Source: Catajapyx aquilonaris (taxonomy: Eukaryota). Taken from it: a stretch of DNA of 58,999 nucleotides. Location: contig JYFJ02000570.1 in NCBI GenBank assembly GCA_000934665.2, positions 62,001 through 120,999 on the forward strand. Reading direction: 5' to 3'. The notes below the pieces were generated by a model that was not told the DNA's origin, did no database searches, and saw only the letters and a list, made by a program, of their open reading frames with translations. This document shows positions 50,699-58,999 of this stretch, piece after piece (the first letter of the stretch is position 1; each line of letters starts with the position of its first letter). The position numbers and the translations under genes were made by a program.

Positions 50699-51260
50699 GG
50701 ACAGGATGTACCGTATTTAAGCGGACCGTATTTACACGGGACAGGTGATACCGTACTCAAATGGGACGGGTGATGTCGTATTTAAGTCGGACAGGTGATA
50801 CCGTAACTCAAATGGGACAGGTGATACCGTATTTACACGGGACAGGAGCAGGTGATACCGTACTCAAATGGGACGGGTGATGCCGTATTTACACGGGACA
50901 AGTTATGCCGTTCTCAACTTGGTGATACTGTATTTAAGTGGGACGGGTGATGCCGTATTTAAGTAGGACAGGTGATACCGTACTCAAATGGGACGGGCAG
51001 GCACGGGTGATACCGTATTTAAGCGGACCGTATTTACACGGGACAAGCAAGTGATGCCATACTCAAACGGGACGGGTGATGCCGTATATTTACACGGGAC
51101 AAGTTATGCCGTTCTCAACTTGGTGATACTGTATTTGAGTGGGACGGGTGATGCCGTATTTACACGGGACAAGTTATGCCGTACTGAACTTGGTGATACT
51201 GTATTTAAGTGGGACGGGTGATGCCGTATTTAAGCAGGATGGGTGCACTGTATTTAAACC
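50699..51260. repeat. ~25-bp variant minisatellite (~22 units) with a 70-bp higher-order repeat
   Basis: Units like GGGACRGGTGATRCCGTA followed by TTTAAGT, TTTACAC or CTCAAAT; a 25+26+19 bp block recurs three times. Confidence 0.92.
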
Positions 51261-52501
51261 GGGCACTAAACTGCCATTGGCTAGTGGGGATCACGTGACC
51301 GGCAGGGGCGCCAACTACACCGCCGCGAGAATGTAGATTGGAATCTTGTGCGATTGTATCCAGAGGCGGGAGGGGTGGGGCGTGCGAACACCTGAAAAGT
51401 GTGCAAGGTCGGCCTTGCTTGACTGCAAACCGGAATGCCTCGCTTTTTTGTGCGAGTGTCCCTCGAGTCATGTAATCATTGCTGGTCAGGGGGATGACGT
51501 CCTTGTGGGTGACTCGGTGGGGAGGAAGCCACCCCAGCTGATTGCACAGTATTTGTTGGAGTGGCCAGGGGGCATGAGGGACAAGGGGGGTGGAAGAGTA
51601 GTAAGGAGAAGGGGGCATCGGCTAGAAGTGGGAGGGCCTCGCACACACGCACGATAAGACACCAGCACGAGTTTGGGGCCATCTTGACCCGCTTTCCACA
51701 CTTGACAACACCGACTTCTTTGCTGCTTTGCCGGGGACTCATTTCCTGCACGGACTCTTCACAGGTCGGTATTAGCAACAGGTAGCCATTTCCTTCCATT
51801 TTTTAAAAATTCTTTTAGCATATCCGTGGGAGGTATATGGGAATTTCTGGTGCATGTAATGGACATACCAAATGATGGTTAACTCAGCGTAATATCATGG
51901 GGTAGTACTGTATTTGTCGATGCTGTGTAGGATGTCAGCAGAGATTCATCCATTAAACACCACTTGCATGTTGTTGAATCAACAAGAAGTAAATCAGGCA
52001 TGCAGTTTAACAGGTTGTGTCAGGTGTTGCTTATTGCCACATAAAATCACTACAGACTGTATGCAGGGCATGGATGGTGAAGATCTGAGGAAAGAGGAGG
52101 ATTATTTGTGGGATTAGTGCTGTGTCGGGATAAATAACACATTATGAACGTATTTGAGATTTTGCAGATGTGGAGGTGATTCTAAGTCACCTTGAAAAAT
52201 GCATTTTCATGACATCTAATTGAGTGGATCTAGTGTGATGCCATCTTCATAAGTAGAGGGGGCACTGGAAATCAGTACCTTTTTGTGTAAAGTTTGCAGC
52301 CAATTGCATGTCTGCTAACACTGCATAAGTACTTGTCATGTCTTACACACGCATACTTGATACTTCTTCCCAGTTTTCAGTTCATTTCTCTGCCATTCAT
52401 TCAAGTGGGTTCTTTCAAGTGCACTTTTGCAGGTTGTCATAATAATAACCAAATCTAACAAGATAACTTGTTTTATTGGTCTAGGTATAACTATAGGGAC
52501 A

Positions 52502-55500
52502 ATGCCTACCTACATGACAACAGTTGCTGAGAGAGAAGACGAAGATGCTGGGATCAACACATTTATCCCAGATTTTCCTCCTGGACCATTTGATCTGTAC
52601 CGGCAACAAGCAACCTTCAATTGGAAAAGGATGAAACTAATTCTAGAAGATGAAGAGACCATCAAGTTCAAAGTATGTAGTGACATTTGCCAATACAACT
52701 GCGTTAATTACAGATATCAATTCTGCCTTGTGAAAGTATGTAAAGTGAATTTCATATCATTAAATATGTACTTTATAAGTAATTGGTAAATGCAGTACAA
52801 GTAACAGGTTTAAAGATTTAAGTTACAATTACATTTTGCACAATAGCAGTAAAGTACTTTGCCTTCCTGCTGCTGCCAAGTGCTTATTTTATGGTTTCCT
52901 TAAGTATGCATTGTGCTTATTGTGAAAAGAAGATTCGGTGTCTGCCTGCCAGAAATGTAAATTGCATTGCAAATCACAGCTTGCATAACAACCAGCACTT
53001 TTATGCAAAATCCATACATTTGCTGTTCACTGTACCAGTAACTTGTAATTTTGTTGAATAATTTTTATTTTTTATTTTTTTATTTTACTTACCCCATTGG
53101 GAGAATATCAGCGCTCCGTTAGGGGGGTGGAATACCACCATTTTTCCATGTCAATTTTTCCAGAATTTTTCCATGCAGTGGAGAAAGGGAAATGGGGAGG
53201 GGAATTGGGATTTTTGGGGAGGGGACACAGGTGCAAGTGCAATGTCTGAAAAGGGTCATGTGCAGTCCCCCAGGAGGCTAGGTTAGCAAGACGCCTCCTT
53301 AGGCGTGGGTCAGAGACCCACTGACGCAGGCGGAAGGAACTCCCGGGCGGGGATCGAACCCGGGACCTTCCGCACAGCAAGCCGAGATGTTACCATCTCG
53401 GCCACCATGCCTTCCCCGTTTTGTTGAGTAATGTAAACAGTGAGTGACAGTTCATTTATCCCTATAATTTTATGCAGAACCACGTTTGGACTGTACTGGA
53501 GCGTGACCCTCTTTTTGGCCACCCAACCCAACGACTACCCCTGGATGATGTGCGTGGACGCACCATGCGTCATATAATGCGTGTGATAGACTTGAACTTT
53601 ATGAGCCTGGATGAACGCATGGGCAACCCTATGAAGGCCTTCCAACTTGCCATGGCCCTAGGCATGTACGATTGGTGCATTCCAGTCAAGAGGGCCATTT
53701 TGGGGGAGATGGTCATCAGCACTATTATGGGCATGGGGACCAAGAGACACTTCAAGTATGTGCAGGCCTTCACTGAGACTAAGGTCAGTGCATACATGTT
53801 GCTTGACTAGTTCAAGGAAGGGAATATGTGGTTCAAGGGGGAGAGAGAAAATAACAGTGGAACACTTTCCAAGGCAATTATTATGGAAGCCAGTGGGTAA
53901 TAACATAGGAATTTGTTGCACCTCATTGGGGACATTGAACAGGAATTATTATGGTGCTACAGGATTAATAAGTATAATAGTAATTGTGAATTGTCTTCAT
54001 TGTAATACTTCTGCCTTTATTCATTCTCTCTTTGATTACGGTTTGAGAAACCAGTTATTGGCATAAATTATTTGTGATGTATGGAGTGGGGCAGGCTAGT
54101 TTGTGATGTCCCTGGGTTCATGTGTACCATCAACTGCCAAGTGATAAAACAAGTTGACATTAGATAAGTGTGCAAAACAACTTCAGGCTGACAACACTTT
54201 TACTGTGACCAAGCAGTTTCTGTTAGAATTGATGGTTGCATGGTATATGACTTCAGTTACATGCTTTTATGTCATTATGTAGTCTGAAGGAGTTGCTTTT
54301 GACCCTCATCTAATTTGGAACAGATCTTAGGCTGCTTCTGCCTGACTGAGATAGCACATGGGACCAATGCCAGAGGAATGATGACCACCGCCACCTATGA
54401 TGCCCAGACACAGGAATTTGAACTGCACACACCATGTTTTGAGGCTGCAAAATGCTGGGCTGCTGGACTAGGTTAAATGATAATCTTGATTTAGCTTTAC
54501 CTGTTAGAAAATATCTGTTAAATGCAAAATTAGGACAAGACACTTTTTCAATCATGAGGAAAGAAAAACAGAAAATTTCACATTAGCATAGCTAGTTCTT
54601 CATATTCTAAGTGGCTATATAGCCCTACTTGATGTTATAAGAATCAAAATATTTAACATGGCTGATTTCACTAACTTCCCCTGAGGTGAGAATGGTTACA
54701 TAGATACAAGTGGTGAAATTAGCTACCAGTTTTTGTACTAACCACATGTTTTTTCTTGTTTTACATTACTGCAGGAAAAAATAGCCTAATGCAAGGAACT
54801 GAGTCATATCATATTTCTTGTTGCTTGGGCTTCGTTTCTTTTCCAATCTTTTGTAATGTAAAGGTAAGAAGAATGATTTAGCATTCACCTAATAAGGCAT
54901 TCACCTCCAAGGGGAAATCTTACTTCATTACAAGTTATTTAGTTGTAAGTGGCATTATGCCTGATCTATTTAATTGTAATTGCAATAGTTAATTCTTACC
55001 AGACAGGCCTCTTTTGCTAATTGATATTTTCCATTCTTTTGCAGCCAAAACCTCGACACATGGACTGGTATTTGCTCAACTCTACACTCCAGATGGCACC
55101 TGTCATGGATTGCACTGCTTTGTTGTTCCACTCAGAGACATGTCGACAATGCAGCCTTTTCCTGGGATAACCATTGCTGACATGGGTCCAAAGGTGGGCC
55201 TGGATGGTTTGGACAATGGCTTCATGCTGTTTGATCACTATCGAATACCCAGAGAAAACTTGCTTAACCGTACTGGTGATGTAACCCCTGACGGGAGGTA
55301 CCAGACCCCTTTCAAGGATCCCAACAAAAGGCATGGTGCGTCCCTTGGGGTGCTGTCTTCTGGACGCCTCTTCATCACCAGCATGTGTGCATCGAACCTA
55401 TGCAAGGGTCTGACTGTAGCCATAAGGTACTCTGCAGCCAGGAGGCAGTTTGGAGGAGGAGGCGAGGGAGGGGAAGGGGAAGAGACACCAGTGGTAGAAT

Positions 55501-56845
55501 ACCAGACGCAGCAATGGAGGCTGTTCCCTTCGCTTGCTGCTGCGTATGCCATAAAAATATTTGGACAGGATTTGTTTGGAAAGTTCATAGAGCTGTTTCT
55601 GATGCAGCACGTTGGAGAAGATCCTGATCGTGCTGTAAGTGATATCAACATTGTTGTGCAAATCTCATAAGCAAAGTACAAAGGTACGCATTGACAATCC
55701 TTACAGTTTGATTATTTTCTTCCCTTTAGGCTGACTTGGGTGCAGAGATACATGCCATAACGAGTGTGAGTAAACCCCTGTCCAGTTGGACTGCCCGTGA
55801 CACACTGCAAGAGTGCAGGGAGGCTTGTGGGGGCCATGGCTATCTCAAGGTGTCTGGACTAGGTGATCTCCGTAATGACAATGATGCCAACTGCACATAC
55901 GAGGGAGACAATACAGTGCTGCTACAGCAAACTAGTAACTGGCTTCTTTCACGGTGGGCATCACCTGAACTGAGGAAACTTCCATCTCCCCTGGGCACTG
56001 TGGATTTCATGGCCAACATCAATGAAGCGACGAGAGACAGGTGGAATGCCAGAACAGTGGATGATGTCATGGATCCTTCAGGTGACATTTCTCGCAATTT
56101 CAGCCTTATGGACATGTAATCCTGAGAATTGTATGTAACGCTTGGTTGCTCTGCAGTTATTCAGCGGACATACAAATGGTTGCTGTGTTGGCTCCTTCAA
56201 GCGACTACTGACAGAATGCAGGAAATGGCTGCGGAGCACAAGAACGCATTTGTGGCCAGAAATGAGTCGCAGGTCTACTATGCCAGGACACTTTCCATTG
56301 TTTATGGCGAGGTACACTAAAAATTGAGAGTTGAACACCAGAAAGTTCGAGTGCACCTTAATAATATACTTTAATTTTTAAACAGCATTGCATAATGGCA
56401 ACGTTCCACAAAGTAAGCTGGGAAGATGACATAGATCCTGAGTGTGCCATTGTCCTCCGCAAGCTCTACCAACTGTATGGCCTCTGGAGCTTAGAAAGAC
56501 ACATGTCTGTCCTGTTCAAAAGTGGCTACTGCAATGGGCCAGTTGCTCCCACCCTTATCCACCAGGCCATCTTGCAGCTTTGCAAGGAAATTAAACCCGA
56601 GGCAATTGCATTGGTAGATGCCATTGCACCACCAGACTTCATCCTGAACTCTGCTCTGGGAAAATCAGATGGGAAGGTTTGTGTTAATTTGTTACCACAA
56701 ATGAGGTACTGTAAACTGTTTCATATAAAAACTTTGCTTTCAGGTGTATCGTAACCTTCAAGCTGCTATGCTTCAGACACCTGAAGCCACCGAAAGACCA
56801 TCTTGGTGGAAAGAAGTGGTGACTTATCTCCAGGCGAAATTGTAG
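52502..56845 (+). CDS. ACOX3: Peroxisomal acyl-CoA oxidase 3, ~704 aa
   Basis: Exons 52502-52672, 53478-53783, 54324-54471, 55045-55634, 55730-56081, 56157-56311, 56386-56676, 56744-56845(TAG). Motifs [56 protein letters not shown]-terminal PTS1 signal AKL. Confidence 0.96.
53063..53418 (-). mobile_element. Full-length tRNA-derived SINE
   Basis: On the minus strand: A box TGGCCGAGATGG, B box GGTTCGATCCC, A-rich tail at 53063-53090. 14-bp TSD with one mismatch (TTTTGTTGAATAAT 53049-53062 / TTTTGTTGAGTAAT 53419-53432). Confidence 0.88.
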
Positions 56846-57301
56846 GTCCCCAGCTACATGACTCGATGGTTTCATTTTGTCACTGCTCTCCTGATATCCA
56901 TATCAAAATATTAAAAATCCTACATAGAGCTTACTGTTTTTGGCCAGCTGGTCTGGGTTATGATGCAAGGCTTTGTTGGCAGGGCTTCCTAATGTTGCGT
57001 GTATATTCCTCCCTCCAATATAGTCACCAATAGTGAAATATTTTTTGATACAATTTTAGTGAGATTGTATAAAGAGAACTTGATAAAAAGAAATGCATAT
57101 TACATGAAAGATTTAATTTGTATGAGTATACCAAGTATTCTGAAATAAATCCCACAGGATCGAGAATGCTGGCATTTTGTGAAATCCCAGCATTGCGATT
57201 GATGCATTTCTTGAAAAGTGCACATTGAAATATTTAAAATATATTGTGCAATCTGTGGAATTTGCTGTGAATCATGGCTAATGTGTTGCCAATGAGTATA
57301 A

Positions 57302-57443
57302 AGGTGCGTTGACATGTGAGCGATTTGATCACGCGATGTCATCGCCGAGTGACAAATCTAATTGTTTGGGGCGAAAACCGATTGTTACTTTCGCCCCAAA
57401 CAATTTGACTCATCGCTCGGCTCGCTCACATGTAAATGCACCT
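57302..57443. mobile_element. PIF/Harbinger (Tourist-like) MITE
   Basis: TAA|AGGTGCGTTGACATGTGAGCGA ... TCGCTCACATGTAAATGCACCT|TAA; internal 17-bp stem AATTGTTTGGGGCGAAA/TTTCGCCCCAAACAATT. Confidence 0.8.
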
Positions 57444-58903
57444 TAATCAAGGTGCAAAAAAAAAATGTTGGGAGTTCATCAAGGGATGTTATGACTTGTC
57501 ATTATGCAAAATGTGATGTGAATGTATTGTTACCAATAAAGGATATTTTATTGATGTTTAAACAAAGGCGCAAGTTATTAGCGAGGACATACTGCACGAC
57601 CTTGGCATATTTGTACTGGGTCAAGTTATTCAGGCATTACTGACTTCTATATCATTTGTTGTTTTGAGTTGTAGGCCTTGGGATGTCCTTATTATTATTT
57701 TAGCCGATAAGATATTCCACACAAAGCAACGTTCCCCATACGCTTAGAAAGTAGGAAATATCGGAAATCGATTCCCTCTTGATAATTTCCGTAGTCCCAA
57801 AAATAGACCGGACGCACAAGTTGCAAGTATCAAGCACGAGAACGACGAGATGCGCTACATATGTAAATCGATTCGTAACTTCCGCCAATTTCTATTTCCT
57901 TGAAAATCCGCTTGGTGTCGCCACCCGTAGCTTGCCACCCACGTATCGACCTCGTGAAGGGGGTCATTCGAAGCGCGCCTGATCCGATTCGGGACCACTG
58001 AGGCTGTGTGTTTTTGGAACACGGCGCATGGCCATAAATCCCCGCTGATCCGTCCAATCGATGGATGCCCCCCTTCTATGAGTCATCATCCATTCATTAT
58101 TCCGAATCGCATCTGGATTCCAGAGGTTGGGGGGATACATCACGCCGTATGCAGACCATCGGACGCATGCTCGGCCCGTGATTACGACGTTGCCGACCGT
58201 TTTCCACTTGCCCTGACTTCCAACCAACCTACCAGACATGGCAACCACCTGAACCTCCCGTGACGTCCCACTGCCCCTTTTGAATGGGTCAAGTATTCTC
58301 CTGGGTGATAGGTATCTGCATTTACACGCATGTCACCTCTTTGATCGCTACCTTTTAAAAGGAATTGCTCAAAGGCATTGGGGGAGGGCAGGCATTGCAT
58401 TCTGGCTAGCTGGTGCTGCAACTGTACGTGGATCATCAGGTGCTGGGATATAAGCTTGGAAGAGTGCAGGTGAGGTCTGTTGCATACAGTCGTACTCCCG
58501 TTGACCTTCCCCTGTCACCTTGTAAGTCACCTTTCATGTGATGGTGTCATCGTATCCATGATCATTCCTTCACCCCATTTGGTTACATTTTCCCTCACAA
58601 ATGCAGAGGATATAATTATGCCAAGTTGCTCTTGGCAAACATCCCGTGCCAGCAGCCTCAGTCACTAAATCGACTGTCATATAGGTGAAACTGTCACCAA
58701 TGAATTAAAAATCAAGCCATCATTTCATCTGCATTCCTACCAAGACTATTTCCACATACCTGCCAGTCATGATGAGTTGTAGTTCTGCCATATACTGTGT
58801 GCAAATATGTGAACCTTCGTCAGAGTTGGTTTGTTGCAGCCCCAACAACAGCATTTTACAATATTTTGATGCACTTCTAACTTGTAAGTTATCGATATGT
58901 TTA

Positions 58904-58999
58904 AGGCCGGTATCCACGTACGAGAATCTCGCATACGAGGAGCCGCGAGGAGCCAACTGCGCATGCCCAGATACGAGGCAAGGGAGAAAAAGTAGAAAA
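58904..58999. mobile_element. Probable left end of a Harbinger-type MITE cut by the window edge
   Basis: TTA|AGGCCGGTATCCAC resembles the TIR at 4734; repeated TACGAG motifs follow; the right end is not visible. Confidence 0.35.

Noticed and set aside
50699..51260. CRISPR-like or coding repeat (ORFs 50988-51221, 51139-51336)
   Set aside because: Variable parts are short recurring variants rather than unique spacers; the ORFs are by-products of the repeat.
57700..58700. Possible gene or viral fragment after ACOX3
   Set aside because: Several short ORFs on both strands with no recognisable motif or consistent exon structure.

Overview
Eukaryotic genomic DNA, most likely an insect or other pancrustacean; there are no prokaryotic features and no CRISPR array. 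Seven spliced genes were assembled by hand with phase-consistent exons: an INPP5K/SKIP-like inositol 5-phosphatase (+, 5' end not found in the window), an ectodomain-less class C GPCR (-), a BTB/C2H2 zinc-finger gene (-), Lis-1 (-), METTL16 (+), clueless/CLUH (-) and peroxisomal ACOX3 (+). Lis-1/METTL16 and clueless/ACOX3 are head-to-head pairs. Introns and intergenic DNA hold many MITEs, a tRNA-derived SINE, decayed LINE fragments and two minisatellites. Most notable observations: (1) an exact METTL16 target nonamer (UACAGAGAA) spans a 3' splice site of the neighbouring clueless gene, and that 147-nt intron is in frame and stop-free; (2) three of about 43 inferred coding introns use GC donors, including the only coding intron of METTL16; (3) a ~2.6 kb inverted repeat whose arms each carry two tRNA-like Pol III modules; (4) a 37-bp P-element-like excision footprint. 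All gene models and family assignments come from reading the sequence, not from database searches.
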